From the NCBI GenBank assembly GCA_044866005.1, contig JBIOTN010000194.1:1-21191 (forward strand): a stretch of 21,191 nucleotides of DNA. Direction: 5' to 3'. The translations under genes were made by a program, and so were the position numbers. Under the pieces are notes generated by a model. The model did no database searches. It was not told the origin of the DNA and worked only from the letters and a program-made list of their open reading frames with translations. How positions within the stretch are numbered: the first letter of the stretch is position 1; each line of letters opens with the position of its first letter. This stretch comes from Candidatus Rokuibacteriota bacterium. GTDB taxonomy: Bacteria > Methylomirabilota > Methylomirabilia > Rokubacteriales > DASRDR01. This document shows, piece by piece, positions 10,496 to 17,954 of this stretch.

Positions 10496-10525
10496 ATATT
10501 AAGACATTTTGGAGCGGGATGTCAA
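10496..10525 (-). promoter_or_regulatory. Sigma70-type promoter upstream of rny
   Basis: Minus strand TTGACA (10520-10525), 18-bp spacer, TAATAT (10496-10501), inside a conspicuous AT-rich patch (~10460-10510). Confidence 0.65.
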
Positions 10526-10575
10526 GGCGCGCGGCGGCCGGCGGAACCGCGCCGCGGGCGGAGCGCGCCCCGAGG

Positions 10576-10693
10576 CCGGGCCGAGACGCGAGCAGATCAA
10601 GGACACAGGCCCGAGGCGCGCCGAGGCGGAGGCCGCATACGTTGAGGGGCGCCGAGGGCCGAGGACCCCGAGGTGCGACGCGGATCGGCCCGG
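10576..10693. repeat. 118-bp element with 13/15 terminal inverted repeats and internal CCGAGG iterations (MITE/REP-like)
   Basis: Left end CCGGGCCGAGACGCG (10576-10590); reverse complement of right end CCGGGCCGATCCGCG (10679-10693); CCGAGG at 10611, 10621, 10652, 10659, 10668 (and 10570 just outside). Confidence 0.5.
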
Positions 10694-10695
10694 TC

Positions 10696-10732
10696 AAAAA
10701 AGCAAAACGGACGGGGTAGGTACCCCGCCCGT
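10696..10732 (-). terminator. Intrinsic terminator after 6S RNA
   Basis: Minus strand ACGGGCGGGGT-acct-ACCCCGTCCGT stem (one G-U pair) followed by TTTGCTTTTTT. Confidence 0.8.
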
Positions 10733-10739
10733 CCTCGCG

Positions 10740-10919
10740 TTCCCCGCCTCTGCCGTGTGTTCGGGAAGTTCGAACCTGGTCGAAACCAGGTGGGTGCCCT
10801 GCCGAGGGCTTCAGGCTTCCCCTTCGGAGAGGGGCTTGCACACGGCCCTCGGACCGGGGCTCCCGTGCGCGTTAGATTGGGCTCGCAACTTCACCTCGCA
10901 TCACGAGCAGCGCAGGGAA
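10740..10919 (-). ncRNA. ssrS: 6S RNA (SsrS)
   Basis: ~180 nt between zapA and rny (a conserved 6S locus). Ends pair (TTCCCTGCGCTGCTCGTG...CACACGGCAGAGGCGGGGAA). Contains GAGCCCAAT, GGGAAGCCTGAA and GCACCCACCT..GGTTC segments I recognise from 6S RNAs. Flanked by a promoter-like site and a terminator. Boundaries approximate. Confidence 0.88.
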
Positions 10920-10931
10920 AACACACCGCCC

Positions 10932-10960
10932 ATTAGGCACCCCCGGCACCCCGGGGTCAA
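10932..10960 (-). promoter_or_regulatory. Putative sigma70 promoter of 6S RNA
   Basis: Minus strand TTGACC (10955-10960), 17-bp spacer, CCTAAT (10932-10937), ~12 nt upstream of the inferred 6S 5' end. Confidence 0.5.
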
Positions 10961-10971
10961 GCCAAATGTCC

Positions 10972-10999
10972 TCGGGGGGGGTCGGAACCCCCCCCCGGA
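10972..10999. repeat. G-run/C-run hairpin, short relative of the REP-like family
   Basis: TC-GGGGGGGGT-cgga-ACCCCCCCC-CGGA between the zapA stop and the 6S promoter. Confidence 0.5.
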
Positions 11000-11057
11000 T
11001 CTCCCCCTCCGTTGCGGCGGCACCAGCCGCCGCTCGGAAAGGACCGGCATCCCGGCG

Positions 11058-11330
11058 CTAGCGGAGGACGGCGGCCAGCCGGTCGAGGAGGCTGTCCACG
11101 CGCGCCGCGAGCCCCGCCTCGCGCTCACGCGCCCGGAACAGCTCGTCCACCACGTGGAGGCCCGCCAGGACCGAGAGCCGCGTCGGCTCCTGGACGTGGG
11201 CCTGCTCGCGCACCCGGCGGATCATCCCGTCCAGGTATTCGGCGAGATCCTGGATGTACTCCGGCGAGCCCCGCCCGCGCACCGCGATCCGCTCTCCCAG
11301 GATCTCGATCTCCGCCCGCCCTTCGGTCAT
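11058..11330 (-). CDS. zapA: Cell division protein ZapA
   Basis: IEILGE..VRG..SPEYIQDLAEYLDGMI..V, RLSVLAGLHVVDELF; position between zapB-like gene and 6S RNA; GGAGG SD. Confidence 0.9.
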   Translation of the reverse strand: MTEGRAEIEILGERIAVRGRGSPEYIQDLAEYLDGMIRRVREQAHVQEPTRLSVLAGLHVVDELFRAREREAGLAARVDSLLDRLAAVLR

Positions 11331-11344
11331 GCGCCGCCCTCCGC

Positions 11345-11632
11345 TTATCCGCCCTCGATCCGGGCCAGCTCCTTCAGCATCCCCTCGACGTGGCCGAGCA
11401 GGGCCTGGCGCTCGTCCAGGAGCCGCCGGCGTTCCGCCTCCAGCGGTCCGAGCGCCTGCTCGCGCTGACGCAGCGCCGCCGCTTCCCGGGTGAGCGCCTC
11501 GAGGCGCTCGCCGAGCGCCGTGCGCTCCCCGGCGAGCCGGGCATTCTCGGCCCGCAACGTCTCGATCAGCTCGATCGCCCGCTGAACTTGCTGCTCCAGC
11601 AAGAGGAGCCGCGTCTCGACGTCCGGCGTCAT
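11345..11632 (-). CDS. zapB: ZapB-like coiled-coil cell division protein
   Basis: LEQQVQRAIELIETLRAENARL..E heptad pattern, ends ER..L..VEGML..L; pheT-zapB-zapA synteny; GGGAGG SD. Confidence 0.75.
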   Translation of the reverse strand: MTPDVETRLLLLEQQVQRAIELIETLRAENARLAGERTALGERLEALTREAAALRQREQALGPLEAERRRLLDERQALLGHVEGMLKELARIEGG

Positions 11633-11651
11633 CGTCGCGCCTCCCGCACCC

Positions 11652-14090
11652 TCAGGCCCCGTCCCTGCTCTCGATGCCCCGCACCTCCGCCCCGAGGCTC
11701 CGCCGCAGGCGCTCGACGACCTCGGCGTGCATGGCGTTGACCTCGGCGTCGGTGAGGGTGCGGTCCTCCGCCTGGTAGAGCAGCGAGTAGGCGAGGCTCT
11801 TCCGGGCGGCCCCGACCTGCTCCCCCGTGTAGACGTCGAAGAGCACGACCCGCTTGAGCCAGGGAGTGGGGATCGCCCGGATGGCCTGCGTCACCTCGGC
11901 CGACGGCACCGCGGCCCCGACGACGACCGCGAGGTCGCGGGAGACCGCCGGGAAGCGGGGCAGCGGCCGGTGGACGACCGCGCGGGGCGGCAGCGCCTCG
12001 AGACGGTCGAGCGAGAGCTCGGCGACGAAGACGCGGGCCGGGAGATCGAACGCCTTCTGCACCGCGGGGTGGAGCTCGCCCACGACGCCGACCGGCGAGC
12101 CCTGGACGAGGACCACGGCAGCGCGCCCGTCCTCGAGGTAGGGGGCGATGCGGCCGGACTCGGGCACCTCCACACCGACCTCGCCGCGGCCGAGGGCCTC
12201 GACGACGTTCTCCACGGCGCCCTTGGCGTCGAAGAGGTCCACGCGAGCCCTGTCCGCGAACCAGGCGCGCGGCGCCCGCAGGCCGGTCAGCGCGACCCCC
12301 ACGCGCGTCTCCTCGTGCGCGAGCTTCCCCGGCCCCTGCGACTCGAACACGCGGCCGACCTCGAAGAGGCGGATGTCGGGGGCCTGGCGGCGGACGTTCG
12401 TGGCGAGCGCCTCGAGGAGGCCGAACAGGAGGGTCGGCCGAAGGACCGACCGGTCCGCTGCGAGGGGGTTCTGGAGGGCCACCACGCGCGGGTCGTCCGG
12501 CTCCCAGCCCAGGTGGCCCAGGTACGCGGGGTTGACGAGGGCGAGCGTCACGGCCTCCTGGCAGCCCGCCCCCGAGAGCGTCCGGCGCACGGCGTCCTGC
12601 GCGACGAGCTGGCGGGGTCGCCGCGTGAGGAGCAGGGGTCCCGAGGGGACGGTCGAGGGAATCTCGCCATAGCCCCAGACTCGCGCGACCTCCTCGACGA
12701 GGTCGTCCTCGAGGCTGACGTCCCGGCGGAACGAGGGGACGACGACCTCGAAGCCGCCGTCGCGCTCCTCGACGGGGAAGCCGAGACCGGTCAGGATCCC
12801 GGCTACCACCGGCTTGGGGGGGCAGGCGCCGATCACGCGGTGGATGCGCGCGAGCCTCAGCCCCAGCCGGACCGGGCGGCGGCGCTCCGCGTACACGTCG
12901 AGCACCCCGCGGGCCACCCGGCCGCCGGCCAGCTCCGCGACGAGCCGGGCGGCGCGGTCGAGGGCGTCGCGCAGCCCCTCGATGTCGGCGCCGCGCTCGA
13001 AGCGGTACGAGGCATCGGTGGCGAGCCCGAGGGTCTTGGCCGTGCGGCGGATCGAGGCCGGCTTGAAGTAGGCGCTCTCCAGCAGCACGCGGCGCGTCGA
13101 CGGGCCGACCTCCGTGTTGGCGCCGCCCATCACGCCGGCGATGCCGACGGCGCGCTCGGCATCCGCGATGACCAGCACGCTCGCGTCGAGCCTCCGCGTC
13201 TGGCCGTCCAGCGTCACGAGGGCTTCCCCCGGGCGGGCCCGGCGGACGACGATCCCGTGCCCGTGCAAGCGGTCGTGGTCGAAGGCGTGCAGCGGGTGGC
13301 CGAGCTCCCACAGGACGTAGTTCGTCACGTCGACGACGTTGTTGATGGGGCGGAGCCCGACCGCCCGCAGCCGCTGCGCCAGCCAGGCCGGGGAGGGGCC
13401 GACGGTCAGGTCCGTGATCACCCGCGCCGCGTAGCGCGGGCAGAGCGCCGGGTCCTCCACGGTGACCGTGGCGAGGCTCGCCGCATCATGCCCGTGCTCC
13501 GTCACCTCGGTGAGCCGCGGGACGGGCTCGCGCACCCGACCGCCGGTGAGGGCCGCGACTTCCCGCGCCACGCCGACGACGGAGAGGCAGTCCGGCCGGT
13601 TCGGCGTCACCTCGACCTCGAGGACCGGGTCGTCGAGGCCGAGATGCGCGACCAGGTCCACCCCGAGCGGCACGTCGCCCGGGAGGAGGAGGATCGTCGC
13701 CGCGTCGGCGCCCAGGCCGAGCTCGGCCTCGGAGCAGAGCATCCCCTGCGAGGCCACGCCCTTGATGACGGCCGCCTCGATCCGCCGCCCGCCGGGAAGG
13801 AGCGCGCCCGGCGGCGCCAGGACCGCACGCGCGCCGGGGTGGACGTTCGGCGCCCCGCAGACGACGCGGAGGCGCTCCGCGCCGGTGGAGACCCGGCAGA
13901 CGGTGAGCGCGCCGCCCGCGGGGTGCGGCTCCACGGTCTCGATCTCGGCGACGCGGACGCCCGAGAGCCCGGTGACGACCGGGGCCACGCCCGCGACCTC
14001 GATCCCGGCCATGGTGAGCCGCTCGGCGACCTCCCGGGCGGAGGCCGCCGTCTCGACGAACTCCCGCAACCACCGATACGGGATCTTCAT
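11652..14090 (-). CDS. pheT: Phenylalanine--tRNA ligase beta subunit
   Basis: MKIPYRWLREFV, VVCGAPNV, SQGMLCS..ELG, TPNRPDCLS, RPINNVVDVTNYV, TDASYRFERG, EDDLVEEVAR..GY, RFPAVSRDLA, KSLAY, DRTLTD.EV. Confidence 0.98.
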   Translation of the reverse strand: MKIPYRWLREFVETAASAREVAERLTMAGIEVAGVAPVVTGLSGVRVAEIETVEPHPAGGALTVCRVSTGAERLRVVCGAPNVHPGARAVLAPPGALLPGGRRIEAAVIKGVASQGMLCSEAELGLGADAATILLLPGDVPLGVDLVAHLGLDDPVLEVEVTPNRPDCLSVVGVAREVAALTGGRVREPVPRLTEVTEHGHDAASLATVTVEDPALCPRYAARVITDLTVGPSPAWLAQRLRAVGLRPINNVVDVTNYVLWELGHPLHAFDHDRLHGHGIVVRRARPGEALVTLDGQTRRLDASVLVIADAERAVGIAGVMGGANTEVGPSTRRVLLESAYFKPASIRRTAKTLGLATDASYRFERGADIEGLRDALDRAARLVAELAGGRVARGVLDVYAERRRPVRLGLRLARIHRVIGACPPKPVVAGILTGLGFPVEERDGGFEVVVPSFRRDVSLEDDLVEEVARVWGYGEIPSTVPSGPLLLTRRPRQLVAQDAVRRTLSGAGCQEAVTLALVNPAYLGHLGWEPDDPRVVALQNPLAADRSVLRPTLLFGLLEALATNVRRQAPDIRLFEVGRVFESQGPGKLAHEETRVGVALTGLRAPRAWFADRARVDLFDAKGAVENVVEALGRGEVGVEVPESGRIAPYLEDGRAAVVLVQGSPVGVVGELHPAVQKAFDLPARVFVAELSLDRLEALPPRAVVHRPLPRFPAVSRDLAVVVGAAVPSAEVTQAIRAIPTPWLKRVVLFDVYTGEQVGAARKSLAYSLLYQAEDRTLTDAEVNAMHAEVVERLRRSLGAEVRGIESRDGA

Positions 14091-14112
14091 GGCGACACGG
14101 GAAGTCGACGCG

Positions 14113-14212
14113 CCCGGGGGGCGGCAGGCCCGACCCGTTCGGCCGCGCAGAACGGCCGAACGGCCCGGCTTTGCCGGCTGGGCCGTCGGAGGGGGGCGCA
14201 GCCCCCCTCCGA
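14113..14212. repeat. REP-like three-hairpin intergenic repeat, copy B (between pheS and pheT)
   Basis: CCGTTCGGCCG-cgcagaa-CGGCCGAACGG (14135-14163), CCGGC-ttt-GCCGG (14165-14177), TCGGAGGGGGGC-gca-GCCCCCCTCCGA (14186-14212); homologous to 8740-8833. Confidence 0.85.
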
Positions 14213-14216
14213 AGAG

Positions 14217-15236
14217 TTAGAACTGGGAGAGGAAACGCACATCGTTCTCGAAGAACAGCCGGATGTCGTCGATGCCGTACTTGAGCATCGCCACCCGCTC
14301 CACGCCCATCCCGAACGCCCAGCCGGTCACCGCTTCCGGATCGTAGCCGACGTTGCGGAAGACCTGGGGGTGGACCATGCCGCAGCCGAGGATCTCGAGC
14401 CAGCCCGAGCCCTTGCAGACGCGACAGCCGGCCCCCTTGCAGAGGAAGCAGAGGACGTCCACCTCCGCCGAGGGCTCGGTGAACGGGAAGAAGGACGGCC
14501 GGAAGCGGATCCGGGCGTCCGCCCCGAAGAGCTCGCGCGCGAAGAGCTCCAGGGTGCCCTTGAGGTCGCCCATCGAGATGTCCCGGTCGACGGCCAGACC
14601 TTCCACCTGGTGGAACATCGGGGAGTGCGTGATGTCGGCGTCCCGGCGGTACACCCGACCGGGCACGATGATCCGCACGGGCGGCTTCTGGCCCAGCATG
14701 GTGCGGATCTGGACGGGCGAGGTGTGGGTGCGCAGGAGGATCTCGTCCGAGACGTAGAAGGTGTCCTGCATGTCCCGGGCGGGGTGGTCCTTCGGGATGT
14801 TGAGGGCTTCGAAGTTGTAGTAGTCGGTCTCGACCTCGGGACCTTCGACGACCGAGAAGCCGAGGCCCACGAAGACGTCCACGATCTCGTCGAGCACCCG
14901 CGAGAGTGGGTGGAGCGACCCCGGCACGGTGCGGCGGCCGGGGAGCGTCACGTCGATCCGCTCCGCCGCCAGGCGCCGCTGGCGCTCCGCGCCCGCGACG
15001 GTCTCCCGGCGCCGGGTGAGCTCCGCCTCGATCTCGAGCTTCGCCTCGTTGGCCTCGCGCCCCACGACGGGCCGCTCGGCGGCGGGGAGCGTCGGCATGG
15101 CGCGCAGGAGCTGGGTGAGGAGGCCCTTCTTGCCGAGGTACTTCACGCGCACCTGCTCGAGCTCCTGGCTGGTGCCCGCGCGCTCGAGGTCCTCTCGCGC
15201 GCCCTTCACGATGGCCCGAACGCGCTTGTCCGGCAT
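14217..15236 (-). CDS. pheS: Phenylalanine--tRNA ligase alpha subunit
   Basis: [93 protein letters not shown]. Confidence 0.99.
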   Translation of the reverse strand: MPDKRVRAIVKGAREDLERAGTSQELEQVRVKYLGKKGLLTQLLRAMPTLPAAERPVVGREANEAKLEIEAELTRRRETVAGAERQRRLAAERIDVTLPGRRTVPGSLHPLSRVLDEIVDVFVGLGFSVVEGPEVETDYYNFEALNIPKDHPARDMQDTFYVSDEILLRTHTSPVQIRTMLGQKPPVRIIVPGRVYRRDADITHSPMFHQVEGLAVDRDISMGDLKGTLELFARELFGADARIRFRPSFFPFTEPSAEVDVLCFLCKGAGCRVCKGSGWLEILGCGMVHPQVFRNVGYDPEAVTGWAFGMGVERVAMLKYGIDDIRLFFENDVRFLSQF

Positions 15237-15246
15237 GGCCCGGCCA

Positions 15247-15252
15247 ATTCTA
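15247..15252 (-). promoter_or_regulatory. -10 box (TAGAAT) 10 nt upstream of pheS ATG
   Basis: Minus strand GGTAGAATTGGCCGGGCCATG; no SD; no convincing -35. Confidence 0.5.
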
Positions 15253-15278
15253 CCGGAAAGGCGACACGGCGAGAAGTG

Positions 15279-15914
15279 TCAGCGCAGGATGCCGCTGGCC
15301 TTGATCCCGGCGAGGATCATGTCGGCGGCGAGCCCGGCCAGCAGGATGCCGAGGATGCGGCTGATCACGTTCATGGCGCTCGGTCCGATCCGCCGCTGGA
15401 CGGCCGCGGCGGCGAGCAGACAGCCGAGGGTGGCGAGCAGCACCAGGAGCAGCACCGCGAACATCACCAGGTTGGTCCCGAGCTCGTTCCTGGCTTCGCT
15501 CGCCACGACGATGACCGCCGTGATGGTGGCGGGCCCGGCGATCAGCGGCGTCGCCAGCGGGAAGACGGCCACGTCGCCGGCCAGGTCGCCGACGCCGGCG
15601 GCCGCGGCCCCGCCCGGGGCCTCCTCCTCGGTCACGAGCTGGATCGAGACCAGCAGCAGGAGGATCCCGCCGCCCACCCGGACGCCCGCGAGGCTGATCC
15701 CGAGGAGCCGCAGGACGTCGTCGCCGAAGAGCCCGAAGAAGAGGAGGATCGCGCCGGCCAGGCCGATGCCGCGGACGGCGGTCCGGCGCTGCTGGGCGCG
15801 GTCCATGTGGCGGGTCAGCGTCGAGAAGACCGGGGCGACCTTCAGCGGGGCGACCGTGACGAGGAAGACGGCCAGGTCGGCGAGGGCGAGCTGGAGCATG
15901 GCGCCCCAGTCCAT
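15279..15914 (-). CDS. MarC family integral membrane protein
   Basis: P...PVF..LT, FGDDVLRLLGISL...RVGGGILLL, AVFPLATPLIAGPATIT, ISRILGILLA.LA...I..GI. The true start may be the second ATG at 15899. Confidence 0.93.
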   Translation of the reverse strand: MDWGAMLQLALADLAVFLVTVAPLKVAPVFSTLTRHMDRAQQRRTAVRGIGLAGAILLFFGLFGDDVLRLLGISLAGVRVGGGILLLLVSIQLVTEEEAPGGAAAAGVGDLAGDVAVFPLATPLIAGPATITAVIVVASEARNELGTNLVMFAVLLLVLLATLGCLLAAAAVQRRIGPSAMNVISRILGILLAGLAADMILAGIKASGILR

Positions 15915-15974
15915 AGCACCGCGCGGTCCGGGCGGTCAAGGCGCGGCGCGGACGGACGCCGGCCCTCCCGCGGA

Positions 15975-17801
15975 CTAGCGAAGCGGCGCCGCGGCGCGCC
16001 AGAACGCCTCGGGGACCTGGACACCCGCGGCGGCCGCTTGCGCGGCATACGTCCGCGCGGCGTCCCGGTCGCCCGCCGCGAGGGCGGCCAGCGCCATGCC
16101 GTAGATGGCGTCGGCGTTGTCGGGCTCCGCCCGCACCGCGTCGCGGTAGGCGTGGAGGGCGACGCCGGGCCGTCCCCGCTGGAGGGCCAGCCAGCCGAGC
16201 GCCTGGTGGGCGAGCGAGAAGCGCGGGCTGAGGCGGGTCGCCTCGCGGAGCTGCGCCTCCGCCGCGTCGGCCTCGCCGAGCCGCAGGAGGACGATCCCGA
16301 AGTTGTACGCCTCGGCCGCGGTGACGCGCGGGTAGAGGCGGCGGGCCTCCTCGGCGTGCGCCCGCGCCTTCGCCAGATCGCCGCGCACCATCTCCTCGAC
16401 CATGAGCAGGCCGTGCACGTTCGCGCTCCGCGGGGAGACCCGGGCCGCCGCGGTGTAGAGCGCGTACCAGCTCTGCCAGTCGAGGTTGCGGACGACGCTC
16501 CGCATCCCCAATCCCGCCACCACGAGGATGACGAGCCCGATGCCGACCGCCGCGCGCCACGCCGGTCCTGGCCGGGGGCTCGGCTCGGGGGCGGCTGCCC
16601 CGCGCCCGCCGCCGACGCTCCCGGGCGGAGTCCCGCTGCCGCGCCACGGCGCCATCGCCGCCTCCGGCCAGAGCCGCGCGATCCCCCAGCCCGCGATCCA
16701 GCAGAGGCCGGCGCTCGGCAGGTAGGTCAGCCGCTCCGCCATGATGGTCCCGATGGCGAAGGGGAAGTTGGAGACCACGACGAACGTCACGGGGGCGAAG
16801 GCCACGGCCAGGGCGAAGCCCGGGGCGCGGCGCGCGGCGAGGACGACCGCGGCGAGGCTCGCCACGATCAGCGCGAGCCCCGCCGCCTCGAGCGGTCCCA
16901 GGCGGGCGCTCGGGAGGATCTGGGCGTACGAGTAGTCGACCGAGAGGCGAGCCGGCCAGACGAAGAGCCCGGCGTACCGCGCCACGACCGCGGCCGCCGT
17001 GAGCCACCGCTGCCACGCCGGCACCGCGACGGCGGGGTTGAAGAGGTCGGCGTTCGAGACCGAGACCGGCGTCGTCGCCCGGGCCCGCAGGACGAGCACG
17101 ACCGCGAGCGCGAGGGCCATGCCGAGCATCAGCCGCGCCACCCACCGGCCGGCACGGCGCGGCCGGTCCACCCAGTAGAGCAGGAGGACCCAGACCGGCA
17201 GGGGCGCCACGTGCTCCTTCGAGAGCAGGGCCGCCAGATACGCCGCCGTCGCGCCGAGGGTGTAGCGCCCGGGGTGCGGCTCGCCGACGGCGGTGGCGCG
17301 GAGCGCGAGGACGCCCGCCCCGAGCGCCCCCACCGCGGCGAGCAGCTCCGGGCGGCCGGCGATCCAGGCCACCGCCTCGGTGTGGAGCGGATGCACCGCG
17401 AAGAGGAGGGCGCCGATCCAGGCGCCCGGCGCGCCGACCAGCCGGCGCCCCAGGACGAAGACGAGGAGGCTCGCCGATGCGTGGAGGATCAGGTTCCCGA
17501 GCAGGAGCGGGAGCGGGTGGACCCCGGCGACGCGGGTCGTGAGCAGGAACGACAGGATCGTGAGCGGCCGGTAGAGCGAGGTGTCGGCGCTCTTCGATCC
17601 CCAGTAGTAGTGGCGCCCGAACCAGGACAGCCACTCGTGCGACCCGCGGAGGGCCTGATTCTTGACGACGAGCATCTCGTCGTCCGAGATGAAGGCGCCG
17701 GGGAGCGCGTCGAGGTAAGTCGCGGTCGCCAGGGCGAGGATGGCGAGCGCCGGCAGCGTGGACCTGAGTCGCGCAGGGCCGTCCGGACGAGGCTCCGCCA
17801 T
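15975..17801 (-). CDS. TMTC-like (DUF1736) GT-C membrane protein with C-terminal TPRs, putative protein O-mannosyltransferase homologue
   Basis: F.SDD after TM1, YRPLT..SF, N..LH, LLFAVHPLHTEAV.WI.GR.ELL, ALLSKE, P..LSVDY, AERLTYLPS.G, RN.DW, then about 4 TPR-like repeats (AEAYNFGIVL...G, AHQALG.L....G, ADAIYGMA.A....GD). Start taken at ATG 17801 because the longer ORF runs into a repeat hairpin. Confidence 0.8.
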   Translation of the reverse strand: MAEPRPDGPARLRSTLPALAILALATATYLDALPGAFISDDEMLVVKNQALRGSHEWLSWFGRHYYWGSKSADTSLYRPLTILSFLLTTRVAGVHPLPLLLGNLILHASASLLVFVLGRRLVGAPGAWIGALLFAVHPLHTEAVAWIAGRPELLAAVGALGAGVLALRATAVGEPHPGRYTLGATAAYLAALLSKEHVAPLPVWVLLLYWVDRPRRAGRWVARLMLGMALALAVVLVLRARATTPVSVSNADLFNPAVAVPAWQRWLTAAAVVARYAGLFVWPARLSVDYSYAQILPSARLGPLEAAGLALIVASLAAVVLAARRAPGFALAVAFAPVTFVVVSNFPFAIGTIMAERLTYLPSAGLCWIAGWGIARLWPEAAMAPWRGSGTPPGSVGGGRGAAAPEPSPRPGPAWRAAVGIGLVILVVAGLGMRSVVRNLDWQSWYALYTAAARVSPRSANVHGLLMVEEMVRGDLAKARAHAEEARRLYPRVTAAEAYNFGIVLLRLGEADAAEAQLREATRLSPRFSLAHQALGWLALQRGRPGVALHAYRDAVRAEPDNADAIYGMALAALAAGDRDAARTYAAQAAAAGVQVPEAFWRAAAPLR

Positions 17802-17882
17802 TCGGAGCCCCAGGATATCAGACCCGCCGACGGGTTGGACCGCTCCGGTCGAACCGCCTGGCCCGTCGACCGCGCGCGTCGA

Positions 17883-17951
17883 GCGCGGGCTTGGCCCGCG
17901 CACCTTTCCGGGGGGGGGCGGCTCGGAAGGCGGCGCGGTCCGCCTTCGGAG
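17883..17951. repeat. REP-like element, variant copy C
   Basis: GCGCGGGC-ttg-GCCCGCGC hairpin, then TTCC-G9-CGG, then CTCGGAAGGCGG-cgcggt-CCGCCTTCGGAG; same CC-Gn-NGGC...TCGGA(A)GG frame as copies A and B; lies 3 nt after the DUF748 stop. Confidence 0.65.
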
Positions 17952-17954
17952 AGA

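Noticed and set aside
10570..10673. CCGAGG iterations considered as a CRISPR-like array
   Set aside because: Repeats are only 6 bp with irregular spacing, no spacer structure and no cas genes.
14410..14452. CxxC...CxxC insert in PheS ([14 protein letters not shown])
   Set aside because: A common variant in many bacterial PheS proteins; not unusual.
15250..17634. 794-aa Arg/Pro/Gly-rich minus-strand ORF and similar alternative-frame ORFs (11629-13311, 19174-20919, 8723-10423, 5605-6903, 1213-2781)
   Set aside because: Off-frame overlaps of real genes, with composition typical of GC-rich frame artefacts.
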